Positions 1 to 10,277 of a DNA stretch of 51,222 nucleotides are shown here, piece by piece (position 1 is the stretch's first letter; each line of letters opens with the position of its first letter). This DNA comes from a virus (lineage: Duplodnaviria; Caudoviricetes): positions 1 to 51,222 of the IMG/VR virus record IMGVR_UViG_3300033067_000202; one strand, written 5' to 3'. Below the pieces are notes generated by a model that saw only the letters and a list, made by a program, of their open reading frames with translations, was not told the origin of the DNA and searched no databases. A program made the translations under genes and the position numbers.

Positions 1-753
1 ATAATTGGTTTACCTTCACCCGTGAATGGTAAAATTCGGGCTAGCACGTCACCAAATGAAACAGTATATATAAATGCCATACCGGCTTATAGCCAAGGTG
101 TTTTGACTGGAATGGGGCGTCAGCTATTTGTCAGTGACCCGTGGGTTGTTCCGGCAGGTCGCGCCGGTGTAGTTATGCAGCCATATCTGAACTCTCAGGC
201 GATAATCGGTACTTTGCTGCAGTATAAGGTTTGGGATGTTTCGTGTCGCCGCATTTACACGTCACCCAATGCCGAATATTCAGCAAGCGCTTTAGTACCA
301 TATCATCGTCAGAATGTTCGCGTGCTTTCCAACACCGCTGCTGGTAGCTTCACACTTCAATTATCGCCATTAGCTTATGTGGATGATGGATTTGAACATG
401 TGTTTGAAGATGTAGAGGGTAATGCTTCTGTTAAAACCCTCACAGTACGAGGTGGTACAATTGATTACTATGCTGCTGCTTGGACTATCAATACAGCATA
501 TTCTTTAGGTACAGTTGTGGCTAATGGTGGTAACTGGTATATCTGTACTCAGGCAGGTACTTCTGCTGGTGCTGGTGGCCCCTCAGGTACTGGTACTTCA
601 ATTGTAGATAATACAGTTCGTTGGGATTATCGTCCTGTAGATTTGATTATGGATGGTGCTACTGCTGCTGAAACTAAGGTATTAAATACTAACTGGTTTC
701 GAAAAATATTCCGTGCTAACAAAGGCCTTGGTGCTTGGGTTGCAATTACTTAA
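1..753 (+). CDS. 5'-truncated virion/tail-fibre-like protein with a C-terminal CBM5/12-like module
   Basis: Frame is open from base 1 (IIGLPSPVNG...). The WTINTAYSLGTVVANGGNWYICTQAGTS...VRWDY segment resembles small carbohydrate-binding modules of phage fibres. Confidence 0.55.
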   Translation: MIGLPSPVNGKIRASTSPNETVYINAIPAYSQGVLTGMGRQLFVSDPWVVPAGRAGVVMQPYLNSQAIIGTLLQYKVWDVSCRRIYTSPNAEYSASALVPYHRQNVRVLSNTAAGSFTLQLSPLAYVDDGFEHVFEDVEGNASVKTLTVRGGTIDYYAAAWTINTAYSLGTVVANGGNWYICTQAGTSAGAGGPSGTGTSIVDNTVRWDYRPVDLIMDGATAAETKVLNTNWFRKIFRANKGLGAWVAIT

Positions 754-764
754 TAGGAGATAAC

Positions 765-1040
765 ATGTTATTTAAATATATTGGAAAACCAGATACTGCT
801 CCTAAAGAGTTTGTAGGTCTTGACTTAATCAATGCTTATAAGATTAAAGAAGCATCTGAGAATCTAACTACTGATATTCAGGATTATGATTTAGTTTTAG
901 AAGAAGGTCTGGACGTTGTTCTTTATAAAGAGAACTGTAATAAAGTTCCAGAAACAGGAGATTATTTCTTTGTGAACCCACAGAGTCATATCTACTTATA
1001 TTCAGCTAAAGAATTTGAAGCTCTATACGCAGTAAACTAA
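765..1040 (+). CDS. hypothetical protein
   Basis: ATG at 765 follows an AGGAG SD; preferred over the track start at 735. Confidence 0.7.
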   Translation: MLFKYIGKPDTAPKEFVGLDLINAYKIKEASENLTTDIQDYDLVLEEGLDVVLYKENCNKVPETGDYFFVNPQSHIYLYSAKEFEALYAVN

Positions 1041-1427
1041 ATGGCACAAACTAAAACAGATATTTCAGCTCAAGAACAATTATTCTTAGATTGTTTATTT
1101 GATGGTACAGGTGTTCGTAGCCCAGAAGAAGCTAAACTTATGGCTGGCTATGAAAGAAGTTACCCTGTTGCTAAGATTATAAAAAATATTAAGAATGAAC
1201 TGATTGACCGTTGTGATGGTTATCTAGCTATGTATGCACCTCAAGGAGTTCTTTCTTTGATGGAGATTGCACTAGACCCATTAGGTAATCCGGGAAATAA
1301 ATTAAGACTTCAAGCTATTATAGAATTACTTGATAGGGGTGGAGTTACCAAAAAAGAAAAGGTAGAACAAACAGATAAAGTTCAAAACTTCATGTTCATA
1401 CTACCAGAGAAAAATCAAATCAATTAA
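1041..1427 (+). CDS. putative terminase small subunit
   Basis: HTH-like N-terminus (QEQLFLDCLF...AKLMAGY), ELLDRGG and a C-terminal FILPEK, as recalled from HMO-2011-like phages; lies upstream of TerL. Confidence 0.6.
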   Translation: MAQTKTDISAQEQLFLDCLFDGTGVRSPEEAKLMAGYERSYPVAKIIKNIKNELIDRCDGYLAMYAPQGVLSLMEIALDPLGNPGNKLRLQAIIELLDRGGVTKKEKVEQTDKVQNFMFILPEKNQIN

Positions 1428-1441
1428 TAAGGAATAAAATA

Positions 1442-1915
1442 ATGAGTGCATTTAATATACATAATCTAATTAGACTACTAAGAATAAATGATGCTAGGAC
1501 TACTACTGCCCTAACAGCCAATGCTAATACTACCTATGCAGATATTACTGGTCTTACAGTTAACCTAACTCCGGGTACTTATAAATTTAAAGCAGTTCTA
1601 CCTAGTACTGTAGCATCAGGAACAGGCGGAATTAAATATGCCTTTAACTATACTAATGGCCTAACCCTATCTGCTCTACAGTCTGCCGCTGAAGGTTTTA
1701 CTGCTTCTGCTGTTGCTGTACAAAACTCAACTTCTACCACAGCTCAGGCTGACCTGTTTACTCAAGCTGCTGTAGTTATTAAAGTTGTTATTGAAGGTAC
1801 TATTATAGTATCCACTGGGGGTACATTGACTGTACAGATGGCACAGAATACTTCTAACGCTTCTAATACTGTTGCACTAGTAAATGGCTTTATTGAATTT
1901 GCCCCTATAGTATAA
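1442..1915 (+). CDS. putative beta-rich virion protein
   Basis: T/A/G-rich beta-strand pattern; AAGGA SD. Confidence 0.5.
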   Translation: MSAFNIHNLIRLLRINDARTTTALTANANTTYADITGLTVNLTPGTYKFKAVLPSTVASGTGGIKYAFNYTNGLTLSALQSAAEGFTASAVAVQNSTSTTAQADLFTQAAVVIKVVIEGTIIVSTGGTLTVQMAQNTSNASNTVALVNGFIEFAPIV

Positions 1916-1916
1916 T

Positions 1917-2369
1917 ATGAGTGAAGCAGCCCCAAATGTAAATACTAACATTAGGAAATTCGGTGTTGATGTTGTCAGCCGAGTAAATCCTAAATATAAA
2001 TTCCCTCAAGACCTAAAGATGCTTGAGAGACAGTTACGTATTAGTTTGGGGCTTCCATTCTTTGGAAAGATGGGTGGACAGGTAGCATATGGTTACAGTT
2101 ATAACTCGGAAAGAGAAGTCTATGAACCAAATCAAGAAGTTTTTAAGTATTTGTTTCAAGCGAGGCAATACCTCTACACTTCTAGTATCCGTGAAGTTAC
2201 CGATTGGCTTAATCTCAAAACTTCTAAAATAGGATACAACTACAACGTATCTCACATGGGGTTACGTAATATAATGATACTTCGACCACCAATGGAAGAA
2301 TGTCTTTTACCCTTTGATGAGAAGATGAAAATTATAAGTTCTCTATGTCTATTCAACCAGAAGAAGTAA
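1917..2369 (+). CDS. hypothetical DNA-binding protein (recombinase-like helical domain)
   Basis: AYGY...SIREVTDWL...SHMGLRN pattern; directly upstream of TerL. Confidence 0.5.
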   Translation: MSEAAPNVNTNIRKFGVDVVSRVNPKYKFPQDLKMLERQLRISLGLPFFGKMGGQVAYGYSYNSEREVYEPNQEVFKYLFQARQYLYTSSIREVTDWLNLKTSKIGYNYNVSHMGLRNIMILRPPMEECLLPFDEKMKIISSLCLFNQKK

Positions 2370-4027
2370 TTCAATTAGATGCTGATGGAGACCCTTTACC
2401 AAGGGTACTTAAGAAAGCTAAGAATGACTTAAAGAAATCTAGGGCTGAAGTAAAACAGAAGAAGAATACTTTAATAAAAAGAAAAGCTAGAGCTAAGGCT
2501 AAACCACAAAGAATAGATGCTTTTAATAGTGAACAGAAAAGTCTAATTCTAGGTGATGTAGTTAAAGTAGCTGAAGGTAAACAGAATCTAGTTACTACAG
2601 CAGTAGTACAGGAAATAAAAGATTATTATCCTACAATACTAGATGAGAAACAAATTGGTTGGCAAGCCTTTCCCGGCCCACAAACTGAGTTCCTTCAAGC
2701 AGATGAGTTTGAAGTATTATTCTCAGGAGGTCGTGCTCCCGGCAAGTCTGATGCCCTTATGATGGATGCGTTAAGATATTGTGGCAGTAAAGATTTTCGT
2801 GGTTTGGTAATACGTCGTGCAATGAATGACTTAAGGGATTTGATACGTAGAGCTAAAGAACTCTATCCTCAATGTTATCCCGGCACTAAGTGGAAAGAAC
2901 AAGAAAAGATATTTCAGTTCCCTTCTGGTGCAGTTATAGAGTTTGGTTATTGTGACCATGAAGATGACGTACTAAGATATCAAGGACAGGAATATACTTG
3001 GCTTGGTATAGATGAGTTGACCCAGATACCTAATGAAGCTACCTATGAAAAACTAGTAGCATCAGTTCGTAAAGGTGGAACAGGTCTAAAGAATTATATA
3101 AGAGCTACTACAAACCCTAACGGCCCTGGAAAGGAATGGGTTAAGAAAAGGTTTATTAATAGAGGCTCAGTTAATAAGACAATTACTATATCTACTTTTA
3201 TTCCTAAGTTGAATAAAACAATTAATACTACTCGTAAATGGATTCATGGTACAGTATTTGATAATCCTAAAGTAGTAGAAGAAAATCCTCAGTACATAGC
3301 TATGCTGCTTAGTATTGATAATGAAATTCTTCGTAGACAATGGGTAGAAGGTGATTGGGATAGTGCTGATGGTTTAGCTTTTGATGAGTTTGACCGTAAG
3401 ATACATGTAATAGAACCTTTTGAAATTCCTGCTGCATGGCATAAGTTTAGAGCTTGCGATTGGGGATTTAAAACTAAAGCAGTTAATCTTTGGTTTGCTA
3501 TAGATTATGAAGGCACAGTATATGTGTATCGTGAGTTTGTAGCAGGTGGTCAAACCCCTATGGGTAAGATGCAAGCTAAAGAATTCGGTGCTGCTATTAG
3601 AGAAATAGAAGAAGCTGCTGGTGAACAAGTTAGGTATGGTATTTTAGATGCCTCGGCTTGGTCTCAAAGAGGTGAAGATGCACCTGCCCCAGCAGAAGAT
3701 ATGGCTGGTTTGACTTGGAGACCTTCAGATAGAACTGGACATTCAAGAAAAACTGGTAAGTTACAAGTACATAAGTATTTACAATTAGATGAAAACGGTA
3801 AACCCGGTCTTTATATATTTAATACTTGTACTGATTTAATAGAGTGTATGACATCTCTGGGTATTGATAAGAACGATGCTGAAGATGTTGATACTAAAGG
3901 AAATGACCATGCTTATGACGCTCTAAGGTATGGCATAATGAGTAGACCAAAGATATATAATAATTATAATTGGGCTATGGAGCAATCACAACCACCGATT
4001 ATCTATAATGATACATTCGGAGCATAA
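2345..4027 (+). CDS. terL: terminase large subunit
   Basis: Walker A GGRAPGKS, Walker B GIDELTQ, ATTNP motif, nuclease motifs DWG and DHAYDALRY. Confidence 0.95.
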   Translation: MSIQPEEVIQLDADGDPLPRVLKKAKNDLKKSRAEVKQKKNTLIKRKARAKAKPQRIDAFNSEQKSLILGDVVKVAEGKQNLVTTAVVQEIKDYYPTILDEKQIGWQAFPGPQTEFLQADEFEVLFSGGRAPGKSDALMMDALRYCGSKDFRGLVIRRAMNDLRDLIRRAKELYPQCYPGTKWKEQEKIFQFPSGAVIEFGYCDHEDDVLRYQGQEYTWLGIDELTQIPNEATYEKLVASVRKGGTGLKNYIRATTNPNGPGKEWVKKRFINRGSVNKTITISTFIPKLNKTINTTRKWIHGTVFDNPKVVEENPQYIAMLLSIDNEILRRQWVEGDWDSADGLAFDEFDRKIHVIEPFEIPAAWHKFRACDWGFKTKAVNLWFAIDYEGTVYVYREFVAGGQTPMGKMQAKEFGAAIREIEEAAGEQVRYGILDASAWSQRGEDAPAPAEDMAGLTWRPSDRTGHSRKTGKLQVHKYLQLDENGKPGLYIFNTCTDLIECMTSLGIDKNDAEDVDTKGNDHAYDALRYGIMSRPKIYNNYNWAMEQSQPPIIYNDTFGA

Positions 4028-4039
4028 AGGATAATATAA

Positions 4040-4297
4040 ATGAAATCAAATGATAAAGATTTTAAAATGTCAACTAATAAAGCAGTCCCAACTCCTAAAA
4101 TGGACAATAAGATTGATGCCACTTCTGCTGGTAAAAAGAAAAATGCTAAACTAGATAAGTCTCTATTCAGTCAAGATGCTCTAGGTTCTTCTATTGCAGC
4201 TACTAAAGGTTATGGCAGTAAGACTAAAGGTACTGTAGATAAATCCGTATTTACTTTTGCAGATAATTCTATTTCACCTGATACAAAAGCTTGCTAA
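4040..4297 (+). CDS. hypothetical basic protein
   Basis: ORF with AAGGA SD between terL and portal. Confidence 0.65.
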   Translation: MKSNDKDFKMSTNKAVPTPKMDNKIDATSAGKKKNAKLDKSLFSQDALGSSIAATKGYGSKTKGTVDKSVFTFADNSISPDTKAC

Positions 4298-4311
4298 TAT
4301 AAGGCATATTA

Positions 4312-6417
4312 ATGTCATTACTTAAAGACCAATTCAATGTTGCTACGCAATTAGGCAAAGCTTTAGCTAAGACTGAAGAACCTACACCAGAAATTACAGA
4401 AGATTTTAGTTCTGTAGCAGGGTTAGTACGTTCAAGGTATAATTTAGCCAAGTTAGCTAAGCAAAATGAGCAAGAAGCTATAATGATGGCTGCTTATAGG
4501 GCTTGGAGAGGTGAATCTAGTCCTGATGAAGTCATCGCTATTAACGCTGCTCGTCAAAGAATGGGTGCAGCCTCTAGTGTCTTTATTAAAATCACTAAAA
4601 CAAAGGCAACAGCAGCATATGGACAACTCTGCGAAGTACTCTTTGCTAATAATAAGTTTCCTCTTGGCGTGGAACCTGCTATTAAACCGGATAAACTAGA
4701 AGATACTGTTACTATAGTACCTCAAGGTGTACAATTTGGGGAAGAAGTAGTAGATACTTATGGTCATAAAGGTGATGGTAGAGACATTCCGGCTGGTGCA
4801 ACACCTAATACGTTGCTTCAGGGCTTAAAAAGCTCATTTAAAACGCTTTTAGAGGGTAAAAAAGTAGTATCAGGAGCTTCACCTGACTCAAAACAGTTCC
4901 CTGAGCTACATCCAGCCCAGATTGCTGCTACAAACCTTGAAAAAGTGATGCAAGACCAGCTTCAAACAGGTGATGGTGAGAAGATTTTACGTAAAGCAGC
5001 CTATGAATGTGTACTTTATGGTACTGGAATCATAAAAGGTCCCTTCTCATACAATGAATTGCAACCAAATTGGACTTTAGAAGACGATAATACAGTAACT
5101 TATAACCCAAAGTTTAAGTTAAAACCTAAATATAGCCATGTTTCTGTGTGGGATTTCTACCCAGACCCTGATGCAGTCACTATTCAGGATGCAGAATACT
5201 GTATTGAACGCCATCTATTGACTAAAAGTAAGCTTAAAAAGCTCTCAAATCAGAAGAAATTCGACGTTGCAGCAATCAATAGAGTACTAGAAACTAACCC
5301 TAATTATCTATCTCAGCCTTGGGAAACAGTCATAAACCGTTCAATTGGTATGACTACACATAAGAAATATGAGGTTTTAGAGTATTGGGGTACTGTAGAT
5401 AAAGACTTAATGTTGGCTATGAATATTGAAGTACCTGCTGATGCACTCAATGTAGTACAGGCTAACGTATGGATAGTTAATGATGAGATTATAAGACTAG
5501 TTCTTAATCCATTTCAACCTACTGAATTACCATATCATGTTGCTACCTATGAAGAGCACCCTCATCGTATATGGGGTATAGGCGTACCAGAGAATATGTC
5601 TGATACTCAGATGCTTATGAATGGTCATATACGTATGGCTATAGATAACTTAAGGTTTGCTGGTTCACAAGTATTTGAAGTTAATGAATCTCAGTTAGTT
5701 CCCGGTCAGGACTTTAATATATATCCCGGAAAAGTATTCCGTAAACAAGGTGGTGCTCCGGGTCAGTCAGTATTTGGGCTTAAGTTCCCTGATACCTCTC
5801 AGTCTCATATGCAGTTCTTTGATAAGATTAGGTCTTTATCAGATGAAGCTACAGGCTTACCTTCTTTTGCTCATGGACAAACTGGTGCTCAGTCAGGTAT
5901 CCGTAGTGCTTCTCAGACCTCTATGCTTATGTCTGCTGCTGCTCTTAATATTAAAACTGTAGCTAAAAACTTTGATGAGTTGATTACTAGTTTAGGTAAT
6001 TCTCTTTTCAACTGGAATATGCAGTTCAATACTGATGATAAAGATATACGTGGTGATATAAAGATTGTGGCTAAAGGTACAGCCTCTCTTGTTCAACGTG
6101 AAGTTGTTACCCAACGCCTACTATCATTGTTACAAATTGGTGGTAATCCTGCTGTTGCTCCGTTCCTTAAAATGGATGAAATCATTAAAGAGATTGTTCG
6201 TAATATGGATTTGGATGGGGATAAGTTTGTTAATGACCCTGCTACAGCTAAACTCTTTGCAGATACTATGGCTAAAACTATGGGTGCTGCTGGTAGTTCT
6301 GCTCCTCCACCTAGCCCTCAAGAAGCTAGTCCGGGGCAAGGGCCACAAAATCCTACAGGAGATAATACAGGTACAGTTCCTGCTGCTCAACCACCACAAC
6401 CTCCAATGGGTGCATAA
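4312..6417 (+). CDS. portal protein
   Basis: 701 aa after TerL; VSVWDFYPDP, EYWG, WGIGVPENM, DEATGLPSF motifs and a P/Q-rich tail. Confidence 0.9.
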   Translation: MSLLKDQFNVATQLGKALAKTEEPTPEITEDFSSVAGLVRSRYNLAKLAKQNEQEAIMMAAYRAWRGESSPDEVIAINAARQRMGAASSVFIKITKTKATAAYGQLCEVLFANNKFPLGVEPAIKPDKLEDTVTIVPQGVQFGEEVVDTYGHKGDGRDIPAGATPNTLLQGLKSSFKTLLEGKKVVSGASPDSKQFPELHPAQIAATNLEKVMQDQLQTGDGEKILRKAAYECVLYGTGIIKGPFSYNELQPNWTLEDDNTVTYNPKFKLKPKYSHVSVWDFYPDPDAVTIQDAEYCIERHLLTKSKLKKLSNQKKFDVAAINRVLETNPNYLSQPWETVINRSIGMTTHKKYEVLEYWGTVDKDLMLAMNIEVPADALNVVQANVWIVNDEIIRLVLNPFQPTELPYHVATYEEHPHRIWGIGVPENMSDTQMLMNGHIRMAIDNLRFAGSQVFEVNESQLVPGQDFNIYPGKVFRKQGGAPGQSVFGLKFPDTSQSHMQFFDKIRSLSDEATGLPSFAHGQTGAQSGIRSASQTSMLMSAAALNIKTVAKNFDELITSLGNSLFNWNMQFNTDDKDIRGDIKIVAKGTASLVQREVVTQRLLSLLQIGGNPAVAPFLKMDEIIKEIVRNMDLDGDKFVNDPATAKLFADTMAKTMGAAGSSAPPPSPQEASPGQGPQNPTGDNTGTVPAAQPPQPPMGA

Positions 6418-6659
6418 TGATACCTTTAACTAAAGAAGTAACTGCTCAATTAACTGAGTTTATGTCTGGTGAAGGTGCTGCTGCTATTGAGACATTAGGT
6501 ACAGTACTACTAGAGTACTTCTTAAGTCAGTGTATGGAAGCAGAAGGTAATCAAGTTTATAGAGAACAAGGTGCTGCACAGCTAGCTAAATGGTTAAAAA
6601 ATTTACCAAAAGGATTACAGGATGGCCGTATTAGCTCCTTTACCTCAACAATGGGTTAA
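6417..6659 (+). CDS. hypothetical small post-portal protein
   Basis: YREQGAAQ motif typical of small genes following podovirus portals; stop/start overlap. Confidence 0.6.
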   Translation: MIPLTKEVTAQLTEFMSGEGAAAIETLGTVLLEYFLSQCMEAEGNQVYREQGAAQLAKWLKNLPKGLQDGRISSFTSTMG

Positions 6660-7872
6660 CGCCCCACCTCCCGTTGCTAGTGTACCCGCTCTTGCTACTA
6701 GTGCTTTTAGTGGTAGTGGTGTAATGTCTCCGACAACTGCTGCTGCTACAAGTATAAATGTAACTAACCCTAATGGTTTTAATAATAGTACTTTAAGTCC
6801 TTATTATTCCGCAGGTTTAGGTGCTCAACCACAACAGCAACAAAGTTCTAATCCTATCACTGGTATATTATCCAATGGTAGTTCTATTAAATCTGCTGGA
6901 CAGTTTATAAGTAATGGATTTCAGTTACCGCAAAGCCAATTTATAAATGGTATAGGTGCACAATTAGGTTTTAATGCAGGTACTGGTGGAGCTACTGAAG
7001 CTATTTCATCTAGTTTAGCTGCTGCTGACCCTAGTTTGGTTGCTTCTGGAGCAGGTGCGGTACCTGAAAGTGGGCTATTAGGTAGTTCTACTTTATCTAG
7101 CACATTAGGTGCTGCTGGTTTAGGTGCATTAGCAGGTAACTTCCTAGGTAAAATAGGGGGTAACTCTACTGGTGGTTCTATAGGTGGTGCTATTGGTGCA
7201 GGTATAGGTAACTTAATACTTCCGGGTGTAGGAGGTATAGTAGGCGGACTTATAGGAGGTATAGGTGGTGGATTTTTTGGTGGTAAATCGGGAACAGCTA
7301 CATATAATGAAAGCTTTAAACTTGATGATAATAATACATGGGCTTCTACTGGTATTGGTCAAAAGAATGGTGCTTCAGTTCAAGGCCCTGTACAACAGTT
7401 TAACTCAAACCTTACTGATGCGTTTTCTAAAGCTCAAAGTTATTTAAGTGCACAAGGCCTATCTCTTAAAGATATAACTATAGCTGGTGGTATAAATACT
7501 AAACATCATCAATATGGATTAGGTACTAGTGGATATCTTTCAGTAGGTAATGGTGCTAACAACCAAATAGGTGCTTACGGTTGGGAATCAGGAGACCAGA
7601 AATCTCAACAGAATGCTATTCAACAAGCTATAACAGCCGCAGCTAAACAAGCAGGAGCTACCCCAGACCAAATTAAAGGTATGTTTGATACCATAGCTAA
7701 ACAAGAAGCTCCCGGAGGAGATACACCTCTAATTAAAGCCCCAACTGGTAATGGCAATACTAAGTGGTCAGACTTTATAAGTAATTACAGAAATAGTATA
7801 GCACTACCAACACAACAAGGAACAACTAATGCTACAACCCAACCAACCTCAAGCCCAGCCACAACAGTCTAG
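6622..7872 (+). CDS. Gly-rich putative internal virion protein
   Basis: Glycine-zipper hydrophobic segment (GGAIGAGIGNLILPGVGGIVGGLIGG). Confidence 0.55.
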   Translation: MAVLAPLPQQWVNAPPPVASVPALATSAFSGSGVMSPTTAAATSINVTNPNGFNNSTLSPYYSAGLGAQPQQQQSSNPITGILSNGSSIKSAGQFISNGFQLPQSQFINGIGAQLGFNAGTGGATEAISSSLAAADPSLVASGAGAVPESGLLGSSTLSSTLGAAGLGALAGNFLGKIGGNSTGGSIGGAIGAGIGNLILPGVGGIVGGLIGGIGGGFFGGKSGTATYNESFKLDDNNTWASTGIGQKNGASVQGPVQQFNSNLTDAFSKAQSYLSAQGLSLKDITIAGGINTKHHQYGLGTSGYLSVGNGANNQIGAYGWESGDQKSQQNAIQQAITAAAKQAGATPDQIKGMFDTIAKQEAPGGDTPLIKAPTGNGNTKWSDFISNYRNSIALPTQQGTTNATTQPTSSPATTV

Positions 7873-8302
7873 TCCTGTAACTGCTCCGGCTACTGAAACT
7901 CCAAGTGCTGGTATGATGTCACCTAGTAGCCCTAGTGCTGACCCTACAGCTAAACCAGAAACTCCTACAGAAGAAGGTGATGTAGTACAACAATTACAGG
8001 CTCATCTAGACCAGATTCCTGATGACCAGAAACAGTTTCTAGCAGAACATTTAACTAACGAATTTGTACGTGCCATAGGCATTATTAACGGCCCAGAAGT
8101 TGCAGGTTATCTTGCACAATTTGTAGACCCTAATAAAGTAATGGTTCCAGTACCACGAGATGTAGCAGAACAGCATCTAGCCCAACAACAGGCTAAAGGC
8201 CAAGCTCCTGCTCAACAGCAAACCCAAGGACAACCAGTACCTACTGCCCCAGCAGCACCTCCAAATGCTCCTCAAGGTGGTTTAATGAGTCCTCGTGTTT
8301 AA
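7829..8302 (+). CDS. Pro/Gln-rich hypothetical protein
   Basis: ORF with AAGGA SD; ends in GGLMSPR. Confidence 0.6.
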   Translation: MLQPNQPQAQPQQSSPVTAPATETPSAGMMSPSSPSADPTAKPETPTEEGDVVQQLQAHLDQIPDDQKQFLAEHLTNEFVRAIGIINGPEVAGYLAQFVDPNKVMVPVPRDVAEQHLAQQQAKGQAPAQQQTQGQPVPTAPAAPPNAPQGGLMSPRV

Positions 8303-8307
8303 CCAAG

Positions 8308-8595
8308 CGGCTACGCCTAGAAATAGGCCCCGATATATAGTTAAGTAAAATTTAATTATATACCAAGGCTACTTGCATTTATGCAACCCTAATGGAGATA
8401 TAATACAATGTCAATACAAACTAAAGATGCCCCTACAGCCCTATCTAATCTTAGTAAGGCCAAAGGACAAAACTTCAGCGGAGACCGTGCAGTTGTACAA
8501 AAACCAGCAGCAGTAATCGTTGAAAATCAACATACAGAGGAACTAGCTACTCCTGAACAGAACCCTGAATCTCAGGCTACCTCTAATCAGAACCC
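8308..8595 (+). promoter_or_regulatory. four GCTAC-stem-loop-CCC motifs around the scaffold start (candidate translational operator)
   Basis: Copies at about 8308, 8366, 8545 and 8574. The first two have perfect inner hairpins with different sequences. Confidence 0.55.
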
Positions 8596-9292
8596 AGCTC
8601 CTGTTGATGAAAGTCGTGATTCTACTGCATATAAGGAATTGAAACAGTACCATGATAAGACTGTACATGAACTACGTGTAGAAAGAGAACGACTCGCTAA
8701 AGAACTCGAAGAAGAACGTAAAGCTAAAGCAATCGTTAAAGCCCCAAAGACACCAGAAGAAATGAAGGCGTTTAGGGAACAATATGGCGAAGCTGCTGAT
8801 TATATGAAGACTCTCTTTATTGAGGAACTTCAGAATGACCCTACCATGACTGAACTAAGAAGCAGGATTGAACAGGTTAGTCAGCTCCAAAACGAACTAA
8901 AAGAGAAAGAAGCTTTTAATAAGCTATTAGCGGAACACCCAGATGCAGCCGAGATTAGGCAAGACCCTAAATTTGCTAAATGGTATAATGAACAACCAGA
9001 AGATATTAAACGTATCATCTCTACTTCACTAGACCCTAAAGCTCTCGCAAAGCAACTAACTCTGTATAAGTTGGAAGTTCTTGGTGAAACGCCTAACAGT
9101 AAAAAGAAAGCCAAAGCTCAAGAGAATGTGGATGCCTCTCTAAGTGTGGAAGTAAATAGCCGTACTGAGATTACACCACAGAAAAAGATTTGGACATGGG
9201 CAGAAGTCAACGACATTGCTAAAAACTATAAACTATGGCTTAAACACGGCCCAGAAATAGAACAAGCTAGACGTGAAGGACGAGTTAAATAA
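8408..9292 (+). CDS. capsid scaffolding protein
   Basis: Charged coiled coil, HPDA..IR.DPKFAKW and C-terminal ARREGRV; directly upstream of the major capsid gene. Confidence 0.8.
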   Translation: MSIQTKDAPTALSNLSKAKGQNFSGDRAVVQKPAAVIVENQHTEELATPEQNPESQATSNQNPAPVDESRDSTAYKELKQYHDKTVHELRVERERLAKELEEERKAKAIVKAPKTPEEMKAFREQYGEAADYMKTLFIEELQNDPTMTELRSRIEQVSQLQNELKEKEAFNKLLAEHPDAAEIRQDPKFAKWYNEQPEDIKRIISTSLDPKALAKQLTLYKLEVLGETPNSKKKAKAQENVDASLSVEVNSRTEITPQKKIWTWAEVNDIAKNYKLWLKHGPEIEQARREGRVK

Positions 9293-9327
9293 CTCACAAT
9301 TTAAACAACAATTAAAGGATAATTAAT

Positions 9328-10248
9328 ATGACTACAGGTTTTAGTGCTGCTGCTGGCTACGGTCAGCTCCAAGGTGGAGCAGCATTCCCAACAATTTACG
9401 ACCAGAAGATTCTCCGGTCACTTAAAATCAAATCCGTAGCGGACGAGATTACTAACGATAACTACTCAGGCGTCATCTCTGATAAAGGTGATACTGTACG
9501 TATTATCAAACAGCCTATTGTAACTACTCAGCCATATACTCGTGGTATGCAGCTAGTTCGTCAGGACATTGTAGATGAAGATTTGTCTCTTGTTATTGAC
9601 CAAGGTAACGTGTATAGCTATGCACTAGAAGATATCGAACAGGTACAGTCTCATATTGATTGGGAAGATGCTTGTGCTGATGCTGCTGGTTATGCTCTAC
9701 ATAATGCGTATGACGTTAACATTCTGACTTACATTCAGACCCAGGTTGATGCAGCTACTACTGAAGGTTCTGGTGCTTCACCAAAAACTATCGGTTACGG
9801 TGCAGGTAACAACTACACTCCTTATAACGCTCTTAACCGTCTTGCTCGTTTGCTTGATGAACAGAACGTTCCTGAGGAAGGCCGTTGGGCTGTAGCTTCT
9901 CCTGCTTTCTGGGAAATGATTGCAGATGAAGATAGCAAATTGGTTGAAGCTCAGGTTACTGGTGATGCAGAGTCTATTATGCGTGCTCGTAAACTTGCTA
10001 CCTCTAAGATGCTTGCTGGCTTTACTTGCTTCAAGTCAAACAATGCCCCTAGTTACAGTGCTTCTGTGCCTATCCTTCTGGTTGGTCATGTAGATGCTGT
10101 TGCAACTGCTTCTCAGGTATTAAAGTCTCGCGTACTTCCTAATCCAAATGCGTTTGGTCAGTTGTATGATGGTCTTCATATATTTGGTCGTAAGGCACTT
10201 CGTACTAAGGCCCTTGGTCAGATGTACATGAGCCTAGGCAACGTATAA
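9328..10248 (+). CDS. major capsid protein
   Basis: FPTIY, GDTVRI, LDEQNVPEEGRW and GLHIFGRK motifs; position after scaffold. Confidence 0.9.
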   Translation: MTTGFSAAAGYGQLQGGAAFPTIYDQKILRSLKIKSVADEITNDNYSGVISDKGDTVRIIKQPIVTTQPYTRGMQLVRQDIVDEDLSLVIDQGNVYSYALEDIEQVQSHIDWEDACADAAGYALHNAYDVNILTYIQTQVDAATTEGSGASPKTIGYGAGNNYTPYNALNRLARLLDEQNVPEEGRWAVASPAFWEMIADEDSKLVEAQVTGDAESIMRARKLATSKMLAGFTCFKSNNAPSYSASVPILLVGHVDAVATASQVLKSRVLPNPNAFGQLYDGLHIFGRKALRTKALGQMYMSLGNV

Positions 10249-10277
10249 TAACTAACTAATATAAAGGATAATTTAAT

